A stretch of DNA of 63,286 bases, counting the filler. It is 4 parts of 4 records of this genome, joined end to end, with 100 filler letters (N's around TTAATTAATTAA, not from the genome) between each part and the next. Parts side by side here need not be neighbours in the genome. Positions count along the whole stretch, not along the records: positions 1 to 28,720 come from DRR723986_7978; positions 28,821 to 40,795 come from DRR723986_7987; 2 more parts are not named here. One strand, written 5' to 3'. This document shows, piece after piece, positions 19,975-28,821 of this stretch. The notes below the pieces were generated by a model that saw only the letters and a program-made list of their open reading frames with translations, ran no database searches and was not told where the DNA came from. The position numbers and the translations under genes are program-made. Numbering within the stretch: position 1 is the first letter of the stretch; the number at the start of each line of letters is the position of its first letter.

Positions 19975-20595
19975 ATGTCAAAAATTACGTCCTTATTTGT
20001 GACCCGTCTTTACCGGGGAAATTTATCTATGTCTGATGCTGCGCCTGACATAGAAGCGCTTGAAGCAGCTTGTTTATCTATAGCAGAGGATGACGCAGCA
20101 GGGCAGCAATGGTGTGAGGAAAATAATTATCCAGGGTATACAAGTTATGCCTCTCTGGATGATTTGAAGTGGCGGTCTCCGATTTTTGAGGAATTGGTGA
20201 AAAAGCTTGATAAGCATGTGGCTAAGTTTGCCAAAGACCTTGAATTTAATACGGACGGCAAAAGTATTAAGCTGGATTCTATCTGGATTAATATTCTGCC
20301 GCAGGGCGGTGTTCATACATCACATATACACCCTCACAGCGTCATCAGCGGCACAACCTATGTTGCGGTGCCTGAAGGAGCCGGTGCCATCAAGTTTGAA
20401 GACCCGCGCCTTGCTATGATGATGGCTGCACCTGCGCGTATACCTGAGGCTAGGGCTGAATTGCGTAATTTCATATATGTTAAACCTGAAGTAGGGGATG
20501 TTTTACTTTGGGAAAGTTGGCTGCGGCATGAAGTGCCAATGAATATGGCAGATGAAGAACGGATTAGTGTTAGCTTTAACTATGGTTGGACGTGA
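19975..20595 (+). CDS. TIGR02466-like 2OG-Fe(II) oxygenase family protein
   Basis: WINIL, HxH (HIHPHS), ISGTTY, ESWLRHEV and RISVSFN motifs. Confidence 0.85.
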   Translation: MSKITSLFVTRLYRGNLSMSDAAPDIEALEAACLSIAEDDAAGQQWCEENNYPGYTSYASLDDLKWRSPIFEELVKKLDKHVAKFAKDLEFNTDGKSIKLDSIWINILPQGGVHTSHIHPHSVISGTTYVAVPEGAGAIKFEDPRLAMMMAAPARIPEARAELRNFIYVKPEVGDVLLWESWLRHEVPMNMADEERISVSFNYGWT

Positions 20596-20600
20596 AAGTT

Positions 20601-22985
20601 TTAACTCTTAACAGCTAATGCCGGTTCATCGCCTTCAGGCTTGTCGTCCTCTGGCTTGTCGTCTTGAGGCTTTTCTTCTTCAGTTTCACCTTCCTCAGGT
20701 TTACCCTCTTTTTGCTTTGCTTCTTCTTGTTCTTTTTTTCGCGCCTTTTCACGCGCTTCCAGTAAGGCTTCCACTTCGGCTTTTTGGCGTAAGCGTTCTT
20801 CCTCTTGTTTGCGGGCGCGCTCTTTTTCTTCCTCAGCGACTTTTTCTCGTAGCAAGCGAAACTTTTCTGCTTCGGCTTGTTGCCGCAGCAACTCTTCTTT
20901 ATTTTGTAATTCGCGTTCTCTGCCTTCCTGCAAAAGTCTCTCGCGTTCTTTATTCTGCACGGCTTCTTGTTCTCTTTTCAGGGCATTTTCTTGCGCAATT
21001 CTTTCAGAGGCCTCTTGGTTTGCAATGTTTTCCTTCTGCACGGTCTCTTGATATTCGGCCAGTAATGTTCCTAGGTATTCGGCGGTGTCGCCTTCATTCT
21101 GGGCACTCAGCTCCATAGCGAACTCTATTTTTTCTATTGCCTCTATGTGCCTGCCCGCCCCGGCAAGGGCTCTGCTATGTTGAGCATGCACAGTTGCTGA
21201 TTGAGGAAAAACCCTCTCAATACCCGGAAAATAGGTGAGCGCCTCAGTTGCTTCGCCTGTTTCAATTAACGAGCGCGCATACATTAATTGTGCTCTAACA
21301 TCGTTTGGAGTAGCGGCTAAAACAGCATCCATGTCCTCTGCAGCAGCGGAGAAATTCTCTAGCACCAAATGTAATGCACCCCGGTTTTTTAAGGCGGAAA
21401 TATAATCGCTGTTAATGCTGACGGCTTTGTCGTAAGCGATTAATGCCTCATCATAATTTCCTTGTCGGTGCAATGTAGCGCCGCGTGCGTTGTACCCCAC
21501 GGCTGACTCAGGCGCTAATTCAATAATCTGGTCGGCTGTTTTTAACGCTGCATCAAAGTCGCTACTTTGCATCTGCATATTGGACAAAAGCAGAAAACTT
21601 GTGATGTCTTCCTTATCTTCCTGCGTTAGCTTTTCTAATATTTCTATGGCCTGCGCTGGTTTGTTGCTTTGAAAATGATAGGTGGCAAGGCGCCGGTTGA
21701 GTATTTTTATCGATGAACCATCAATACTTCTGGCAATGGTATCATTATCGAGGATGGTGTCAGGGTTTTCCGCGAGCTCAAGCGACCGAGCGGTATATTG
21801 AGCCGCTTGCGATATATCTTGTGTTTGCGCCGCCGCTAAGCCGGCCATGGAAAAGGCAGCGAGGTCAGTGCTTTCTGGCTGAACTTGTGGTGCCAGAACA
21901 ATCAATGCTTCCTCAGGCATGCCTTGCAAGATGTATATTTCGCCTAAAACAAGGCGTGTTACGCGGTCAAATGGGGCGCTCTCAAGTGCGAATTCAAGTT
22001 TGTCCAAGGCAATGTCATACTCTTGCAGTCGGTAAGCAACATGCCCCAACAGTCTTGCAACTTGTGGGTTTGTACTACCGCTGAATGAAATGAGTGTGAG
22101 TTGCTCACTGGCCGATGCATCGTCACCGCGAATGGCTAGGAGCATTGCAGAAAAGAACTTGGCCGTCTCGTTGTCAGGCGAAAGCTCATAGACACTGTCT
22201 AGATATTCCTCTGCGGCATCCAGTTTGCCTTCTAAAATATTGATGCCTGATAGCTCCAGCATTGCGGGCACATTGGCATCGGAATATTCCAACGCCTTAA
22301 TGAATTGCTGCTTTGCCTGGTCTTGCCTACCCCACTGGTTATAGACTGTGCCAAGGGTATAATAAGCTAACGTGTTTTCCGCCGCCAAACCTATGGCTCG
22401 GATAGCATCAGCCTCTGCGAGGCGAGGGTTGCTGAGTTTCAGGAAAGTTTGAGCCCTTGCAATATAGGCTGGGTATAGATTTGGATTGCTTTCTATCGCG
22501 GCGCTATAATGAACTATTGCGGTTTTATATTCATCGCTCAGGTGATCGAGGTCGCCTAAGATTAATTGAGCGTCATAAAAGCCTGCATCTGAGAAGCTGT
22601 GTGTCTCGAGAAATTTTGCAGCACGCCTTAACTGGCCGTCCAGCATGTATGTGCGAGCCCTAAGGAGCACATATTCATCATTGTTTTGCTCGTCTTTTGG
22701 TATTTTATCCAGGAATACTGATGCCCTGATACCATCTAGGCCTGATAGGTGCGCACGTGCGGCAAGTATAAAATCTGGGGACTCTGCCAAATCCTTTGAT
22801 TCTTTATGCTTCACCACGGCTATCAGGCGGTTATAGTTGCCTGCATTGAATAAAGCATCCAACTCTTCGGTTGACAGAATTGGTAAGTCGGTTGCTGTTG
22901 ATTGATCAGCGTTATCATTGTTGCTGCAGCTGACCACAAGAAGATAACATGCAAGTATGTAAATGAACTTCATTCGTATACGCAT
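20601..22985 (-). CDS. TPR-repeat lipoprotein (PrsT-like) with a charged coiled-coil C-terminal tail
   Basis: Lipobox LVVSC; many TPR units; E/K/R-rich tail; divergent from a PEP-CTERM gene. Confidence 0.75.
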   Translation of the reverse strand: MRIRMKFIYILACYLLVVSCSNNDNADQSTATDLPILSTEELDALFNAGNYNRLIAVVKHKESKDLAESPDFILAARAHLSGLDGIRASVFLDKIPKDEQNNDEYVLLRARTYMLDGQLRRAAKFLETHSFSDAGFYDAQLILGDLDHLSDEYKTAIVHYSAAIESNPNLYPAYIARAQTFLKLSNPRLAEADAIRAIGLAAENTLAYYTLGTVYNQWGRQDQAKQQFIKALEYSDANVPAMLELSGINILEGKLDAAEEYLDSVYELSPDNETAKFFSAMLLAIRGDDASASEQLTLISFSGSTNPQVARLLGHVAYRLQEYDIALDKLEFALESAPFDRVTRLVLGEIYILQGMPEEALIVLAPQVQPESTDLAAFSMAGLAAAQTQDISQAAQYTARSLELAENPDTILDNDTIARSIDGSSIKILNRRLATYHFQSNKPAQAIEILEKLTQEDKEDITSFLLLSNMQMQSSDFDAALKTADQIIELAPESAVGYNARGATLHRQGNYDEALIAYDKAVSINSDYISALKNRGALHLVLENFSAAAEDMDAVLAATPNDVRAQLMYARSLIETGEATEALTYFPGIERVFPQSATVHAQHSRALAGAGRHIEAIEKIEFAMELSAQNEGDTAEYLGTLLAEYQETVQKENIANQEASERIAQENALKREQEAVQNKERERLLQEGRERELQNKEELLRQQAEAEKFRLLREKVAEEEKERARKQEEERLRQKAEVEALLEAREKARKKEQEEAKQKEGKPEEGETEEEKPQDDKPEDDKPEGDEPALAVKS

Positions 22986-23140
22986 GAATGTCTCTCTTTG
23001 TTTTCCCCCAAGTAATTTTGACCATACTTTTAAGAAAAAATCAAAAACTGAGAAAATTATATACAATAATTGCCTTATTCACTATCATAAGTGCCATGGG
23101 GAGTTGAGTGCGAGATAAATTATAAGGACTGGCACGGCTC

Positions 23141-23929
23141 ATGTTTTTACGACTTTTAAGCTATACTGCAACGCTGGTGGCTGGCTTTTTTATGGCCAAC
23201 AGCTCTGCATATGCACAGAATGTAGGAATTGATGTAGCGTCTGATATCAGCGCATTTCAACCTGTGGCTCTGGGCGAAAATGTGAGCCTGTCACCGTGCG
23301 GCGGCAGCGTTGTGAAGGGAAGCGGTGCTTTTATAAGCAGCATTTGTGACACTAGCCGTCCGGACTTGTTCAGCATTAATTACCTTATTTCATTTGGCGG
23401 CACCACGTCTGCGCTGATGTTTGGGAACGGCGATAACAATGTTGGCTCCAGCATTTCAACGCTCGCGACATCATCTGGCGGAACGGCCCAAAACTTGGGT
23501 ACGACGGCCTCATCTTTTTCGGGTCTGTCTCTGGCAACGGGTGCAGGGACCTTGTTTTCTACTGCGGGCACATACGTTATTAGCCTGATTACATCTGTCA
23601 AAAATGGTCAAACTTTTGCTGTGCCAACCGGTGGCAATCAGAAGTCATTTAATGATGGCGGATTGGAGATCGCAGGCAGCGGCGTTACTGTTGGCGGCAG
23701 TTCAGTCGGTAACTTTAATGGTGCAGTCATTGGTACGATTACGGGGAACTCCAGCACAGCTGCAACGGCAAACGGCTTTCGCAATGTAGCCTTCGCGCAG
23801 ACGACGCTTATTATTAATGAAGCCGTTAGTGTGCCAGAGCCATCTGCATGGTTGATGTTACTTGTGTCGCTTTTTCTTGTTGGTCGCTACCAAAGCCGGC
23901 GTGTGCGTAGCGGTACAGCAAATATATAA
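23141..23929 (+). CDS. PEP-CTERM sorting-domain protein
   Basis: Signal peptide (AYA-Q); G/S/T-rich body; C-terminal VPEP + TM + RR. Confidence 0.88.
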   Translation: MFLRLLSYTATLVAGFFMANSSAYAQNVGIDVASDISAFQPVALGENVSLSPCGGSVVKGSGAFISSICDTSRPDLFSINYLISFGGTTSALMFGNGDNNVGSSISTLATSSGGTAQNLGTTASSFSGLSLATGAGTLFSTAGTYVISLITSVKNGQTFAVPTGGNQKSFNDGGLEIAGSGVTVGGSSVGNFNGAVIGTITGNSSTAATANGFRNVAFAQTTLIINEAVSVPEPSAWLMLLVSLFLVGRYQSRRVRSGTANI

Positions 23930-23970
23930 TTGAGCAATTGAATTTGCCTGAAGCACCTAACACTTTTTCA

Positions 23971-24546
23971 TCACCGCTTTAGTCGGATTAACTCGCAGAG
24001 GCAAACTGCTATTGCAATGCCAATAGCAGTCATCGGATTTATGCTTGTTAAAACCCAGTGGCCAAAGGCAAGAGCAGTGGCAAAATAAACTGACCGATGA
24101 AGTTTTTTCCAGTTTTTGCCGAGTTTTCGAACCGAGGTGTTATTGCTGGTTATGGCTAACACTACAAATATTAAAAAAGCGAACCACCCTGTTAAAAGGG
24201 AGGGGTCTTGTCCTTCTTTCAAAACTAAGCCTGCCACCCATTTTTTGTCTAAATATATCGCAGTATGCACCAAACCGTAGCCAAAACTCGCCACACCGAT
24301 TGCACGACGATGCTGTATCAGAAGCCGTGATATCTTGTGTTTAGGAAAAAGCTGATTGAGCGGCGTTGTTAGCAAGGCTGTGCATAATAAGCCAATACTC
24401 CATTGCCCCGATAGGTTTATGACTTCGCCGTAAGACAATGCATCAAGCGCGCGCGCCCAAACAATATATGTAGCTGGCAGAGCAAGAAGGAACCATATAA
24501 CGCCTTGTCGCGCTATAAATACCCTAAGGCCTGACCGATGTGTCAT
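23971..24546 (-). CDS. MsrQ/YedZ-like heme-b membrane protein (ferric reductase-like TM domain)
   Basis: RRAIGV..YGLVH, LAITS, LGKNWKKLHRSVY..LAFGH; start uncertain. Confidence 0.85.
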   Translation of the reverse strand: MTHRSGLRVFIARQGVIWFLLALPATYIVWARALDALSYGEVINLSGQWSIGLLCTALLTTPLNQLFPKHKISRLLIQHRRAIGVASFGYGLVHTAIYLDKKWVAGLVLKEGQDPSLLTGWFAFLIFVVLAITSNNTSVRKLGKNWKKLHRSVYFATALAFGHWVLTSINPMTAIGIAIAVCLCELIRLKR

Positions 24547-24659
24547 GATATAAACTGTAGCTGCATCACGATATTCGTGAGCTGTTAAGAGTAAGTTTGC
24601 GTTTCGCCAGCATTCCATGTTTATAAGCATCAAACACTGGCGAAAGACCCTTTTGAATA

Positions 24660-25154
24660 TTAATCGAGTGTCACGTAGCGCTTAAGGTTCTCAACCTCGG
24701 CAGCACTGACATATTTTTTCATCTCGCGCGCGAAATCATCCATTGATGTATAAGGGCGGTATTCATCAAACTCATGCGCCAAATGACGCGGGCTCAATGT
24801 AGAAGGGATGAGTTTATAGTCGTCTTCCGAACCACTATTCAGGCCCACCTTGATGAACAGGACATTATACATGCCTCGCATAACTCGAGGCTCTTTACCG
24901 TCGCTGATGGCAGCATGAAAATCGGACATTGTAGCGAATGGGCGTTCACTAATAATTTTGGCAACATCGGCTTCTGTTAGTCCCCTAATCGCTGACAATT
25001 GCTCTTCGGTAGCATTGTTGGGGTCGATCAGAGGCGTTGATAAATATGGTTGCGCTGCGCCTTCTTCGTTTGCAGTTTCATTGTCGCTGCAGGCAGACAA
25101 TGCAAATGCGCCGAGGATCATAATGCTGGTCAACAGTTTTTTGGTGAATGGCAT
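24660..25154 (-). CDS. lipoprotein with two helix-hairpin-helix-like (ComEA/PsbU-like) repeats
   Basis: Lipobox ALSAC; IDPNNATEEQL..RPF and VGLNSGSEDDY..RPY repeats. Confidence 0.7.
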   Translation of the reverse strand: MPFTKKLLTSIMILGAFALSACSDNETANEEGAAQPYLSTPLIDPNNATEEQLSAIRGLTEADVAKIISERPFATMSDFHAAISDGKEPRVMRGMYNVLFIKVGLNSGSEDDYKLIPSTLSPRHLAHEFDEYRPYTSMDDFAREMKKYVSAAEVENLKRYVTLD

Positions 25155-25240
25155 GGGTAATTCTATCCTATTCGTCAAAGTTTATGCTTAAGAAAAAAGG
25201 TTGTATAGGCCATATCATTCCAACCCATGGTTTTTCAAAC

Positions 25241-26113
25241 TTAATTTGCAGGGTCTATTTTGTCTTGTGTCTTCAAATCGAAATCGCTTGCATCATGACG
25301 ATTGCGTAGTTGCCCAGATGGGTCGCCCCATGCTCGGTTTACCATTTTGCCGCGTTTAACAGCGGGGCGGGCTGAAATTTCTGCAGTCCATCGCTGAACA
25401 TTTTTGTAGGAAGCAACGTCTAAAAATTCTGCTGAATCATACAGCAGCCCTTGTGCTAATGCGCCGTACCACGCGTATACCGCTATATCGGCAATGCTAT
25501 ACTCGTTGCCCGCCAAATATTTGTTGTCTGCCAAGTGGCGATCGAGCACATCCATTTGGCGCTTAACTTCCATAGCGAAACGATCAATACAATATTCGAT
25601 TTTTGTAGGTGCATAGGCATAAAAATGGCCAAACCCGCCACCCAAATAGGGCGCGCTACCCATCTGCCAAAATAGCCAATTCATACACTGGGCCTTGGCA
25701 TTTGGGTCAGATGGAATAAGAGCGTCAAACTTTTCAGCCAAATACAGCAAAATTGAACCAGACTCGAACAATCGGGTGGGTGTGTTTGTGCTGTGGTCCA
25801 ACAAAGCCGGTATTTTCGAGTTTGGATTTATGTCAACAAATCCAGAGCCAAATTGCTCACCTTCGCTTATGTCAATAATCCAAGCGTCGTATTCCGCACC
25901 TTTATGGCCCATAGCCAGCAACTCTTCCAGCATCACCGTAACCTTCACACCATTTGGTGTAGCGAGCGAGTATAGCTGCAATGGGTGCTTGCCAACTGGC
26001 AATTCCTTGTCTTTTGTAGCGCCTGCAATAGGGCGGTTTATGCTGGCAAACCGGCCACCACTTTCGGTGTTCCATTTCCAAACTTTTGGCGGTGTATAGT
26101 CTTTAGTGGTCAT
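25241..26113 (-). CDS. yghU: glutathione-dependent disulfide-bond oxidoreductase (Nu-class GST)
   Basis: YTPPKVWKW N-terminal extension, LYSLATPNGVKV, INPNSKIPAL, FESGSIL. Confidence 0.9.
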   Translation of the reverse strand: MTTKDYTPPKVWKWNTESGGRFASINRPIAGATKDKELPVGKHPLQLYSLATPNGVKVTVMLEELLAMGHKGAEYDAWIIDISEGEQFGSGFVDINPNSKIPALLDHSTNTPTRLFESGSILLYLAEKFDALIPSDPNAKAQCMNWLFWQMGSAPYLGGGFGHFYAYAPTKIEYCIDRFAMEVKRQMDVLDRHLADNKYLAGNEYSIADIAVYAWYGALAQGLLYDSAEFLDVASYKNVQRWTAEISARPAVKRGKMVNRAWGDPSGQLRNRHDASDFDLKTQDKIDPAN

Positions 26114-26292
26114 ATCAAATCCCTATTTTCTGGCGTTCCTTTTGCAGATCTATGATTAAGTAGTGCGTTAAAGAGAATGTAAAAGTGTTGATAGGCTTCA
26201 CAACCGCTAATATGATAAACTATATTCTAATTCGAAAATTAGCTAAACTAACCTTGTTTGCAGATGCGTTGCTTTATTTTTCGGTGGAGGGA

Positions 26293-27543
26293 ATGGCGAT
26301 GTTCAATAATCGGAAGGTGTTATTTAAGGTATTTGTGAGTTGTTTTGTGGCGGTTGCCTTGAGCTGGACAGCCAATGCACAGGACGCACAGAATGAGACG
26401 GCAAGCGAATTAATTCGCAATGTTTGTACGTCGTGCCATCGCATGAATATGATTGAGCGCAGTTCTGGCTACAGTCGAGAAGATTGGGTTGAGCTTACGA
26501 GTACAATGATTGATCTGAACGATACGCCTGACATGCGCGACAAAATCATTGATTATCTTGCACAGCATTATCCGCCAAACGATAACCGTAAGTCGAAACT
26601 TATTCCTGGCCCCGTTGAGCTAACATTCAAAGAGTGGCAAGTGCCCACCTTGGGGCAGCGTTCTCGTGATCCGGTTGAAGCACCAGACGGCACCATTTGG
26701 TGGGCTGGCCAATCTGGGAACTTAATTGGTCGCATCGACCCGGCAACGGGGGAGATGAAAGAATATCCTTTGCCAGCGAACGCTATGCCTCATTCGGTTA
26801 CAATTGGTCCAGACGGAGATGTTTGGTACACGGGAAACAAAAATGGCACCATCGGCAGGCTAAATCCTGAAACCGAGGAGCTTACGGTTTACCCCATGCC
26901 AGACCCGGCAGCAAGGGACCCTCACACGGCGGTCTTTGATAAAAAGGGTATTCTCTGGTTTACTTTACAGCACAGCAACATGATAGGTCGCCTGGATCCA
27001 GATATCGGGGCCATTCAGCTGGTAACCATGAAAACCAAACGCTCAAGGCCTTATGGTATTAAGCTGGCAGCAGATGGATCATTGTGGGTTGCTTGTAATG
27101 GCAGCAACTGTTTGGTTAATGTTGATCCTGAAACGATGCAGCTTACGGAAGTTAAACTACCAGGTCAGGCTACCACCGTAAGGCGGCTGGATATAGATGA
27201 TGACGGCGTTATATGGTACGTGAATTCGTCTCAAGGGCGCCTGGGTCGCTACAACCCTGTAGACGGTAGAATTAAAGAATGGCCATCGCCAAGCGGCCCA
27301 CTATCTCACCCTTATGCAATTGTCGTTGTTGATGGCATCGTTTGGTACAACGAGTCTGGTAAAAGACCAGATGCGTTGGTTCGCTTTGATCCGAAAACTC
27401 AACAATTTCAAAGTTGGCCGGTGCCATCAGGTGGTGTATATGCAGGCATCATTCGCCACATGCGCCCAACGAAAGACGGCAACCTGCTTATCCATCAAAG
27501 CAGCACGAACCGAATTATACTTGTTACCCCGAGCGCTGACTGA
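26293..27543 (+). CDS. periplasmic c-type cytochrome domain fused to a Vgb-like beta-propeller
   Basis: Signal peptide (ANA-Q), CTSCH heme motif, repeated DGxxW..IGRLDP blades; GGAGG SD. Confidence 0.8.
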   Translation: MAMFNNRKVLFKVFVSCFVAVALSWTANAQDAQNETASELIRNVCTSCHRMNMIERSSGYSREDWVELTSTMIDLNDTPDMRDKIIDYLAQHYPPNDNRKSKLIPGPVELTFKEWQVPTLGQRSRDPVEAPDGTIWWAGQSGNLIGRIDPATGEMKEYPLPANAMPHSVTIGPDGDVWYTGNKNGTIGRLNPETEELTVYPMPDPAARDPHTAVFDKKGILWFTLQHSNMIGRLDPDIGAIQLVTMKTKRSRPYGIKLAADGSLWVACNGSNCLVNVDPETMQLTEVKLPGQATTVRRLDIDDDGVIWYVNSSQGRLGRYNPVDGRIKEWPSPSGPLSHPYAIVVVDGIVWYNESGKRPDALVRFDPKTQQFQSWPVPSGGVYAGIIRHMRPTKDGNLLIHQSSTNRIILVTPSAD

Positions 27544-27658
27544 GTTTACTCATTGGACGATAGTTGTGTTGTTATAATTTTCGTTAGGTTATAGTATATC
27601 TAATGAAAAGGTAAACGGTTGCGAAAATGCGACCAATATCGTTGGCAAAGAGGGTGAA

Positions 27659-28720
27659 ATGAGCAAATTAGTAACGGCAAAATTACGACTTTCAACCAAG
27701 TTACATGCAGTAATCTTGTTTTTGTTATTGGGCCATCTTGTTAACGCCCAAGACGCTTCTGAGACGATCGCGCCCGACATAATCGTGAGTGAAGTTGAAG
27801 CGTTTAAAGTTGAAGTTATCGCTAAAGATTTCGATGTGCCATGGTCTATGGAGTTTTTGCCTAATGGTACTGCTTTAGTAGGCGAGCGAGAGCCCGGAAA
27901 ATTATACCTTCTTGATGTAAACACCGGAATTCGAACCGAGGTATCTGGTTTGCCTGATATGTCGCGGGACAGGCAAATTAGCTCTGGCCTGTTTGATGTT
28001 CGTTTACATCCAGATTTTGCCAATAATAACTGGTTGTACATGGCTTACGGCGTTGGAAGTGTGGAAGGGAATGGTTTGGCGGTGGATCGTTTCAAACTGT
28101 CTGGAAGCAAACTGTCTGACGGTGAAAGATTGTTTGAGGCTAAGCCTAAAATTTCCGGGAAATGGCACTTTGGTGGTCGCATGGCTTTATCTAATGGCTA
28201 TTTGTTCTTGTCTACGGGCGATGGCTATGACCATTCGGCGTTGGCACAGCAGTTAAATGCACACGCAGGAAAAATACTGCGATTGCATGACGATGGCCGC
28301 GTGCCTGATGACAATCCATTTGTTGGGATTGAGGGCGCTTTACCAGAAATTTGGTCATACGGTGTGCGTAATCCTCAAGGTATGGACGTGCATCCATCAA
28401 CCGGCGAAGTGTGGACTAATGAACATGGGCCGCAAGGCGGTGATGAAGTGAATATTATGCGGGCTGGCAAAAACTATGGTTGGCCAGTTATCACATACGG
28501 GGAAGAATATGGCGGTGGCCCCATCGGCGATGGCATTACCCATAAAGAGGGTATGGAACAACCTTTGTATTATTGGTTACCCTCAATTGCGCCGAGCGGC
28601 ATGGAGTTTTACAGCAGCGATGCCTTTCCAAAATGGCGAACTAGCCTGTTCGTTGGCGCGCTTGCAAAAACGCATATTAATAGGCTTGTTGTTGAAGGTG
28701 AGCGCATCATTCATGAGGAA
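27659..28720 (+). CDS. PQQ-dependent soluble sugar dehydrogenase (YliI/sGDH family), 3' truncated
   Basis: PWSMEFLP, HFGGR, GKILRL, YGVRNPQG, EHGPQGGDEVN, NYGWP, SIAPSG motifs. Confidence 0.9.
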
Positions 28721-28820
28721 NNNNNNNNNNNNNNNNNNNNNNNNNNNNNNNNNNNNNNNNNNNNTTAATTAATTAANNNNNNNNNNNNNNNNNNNNNNNN
28801 NNNNNNNNNNNNNNNNNNNN
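28721..28820. other. artificial contig linker
   Basis: 44 N + TTAATTAATTAA (stops in all six frames) + 44 N; composition changes across it. Confidence 0.97.
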
Positions 28821-28821
28821 C

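Noticed and set aside
23130-23145. Sigma-54 promoter (TGGCACG...) for the PEP-CTERM gene
   Set aside because: The -12 position is ATGT rather than TTGC and coincides with the start codon of a good signal peptide.
1-28720. tRNA-anchored genomic island or prophage
   Set aside because: No integrase or phage genes, and I saw no second copy of the tRNA 3' end in this contig.
28765-28776. TTAATTAATTAA repeated three times as a biological repeat
   Set aside because: Always centred in 44+44 N; it is an artificial six-frame-stop linker.
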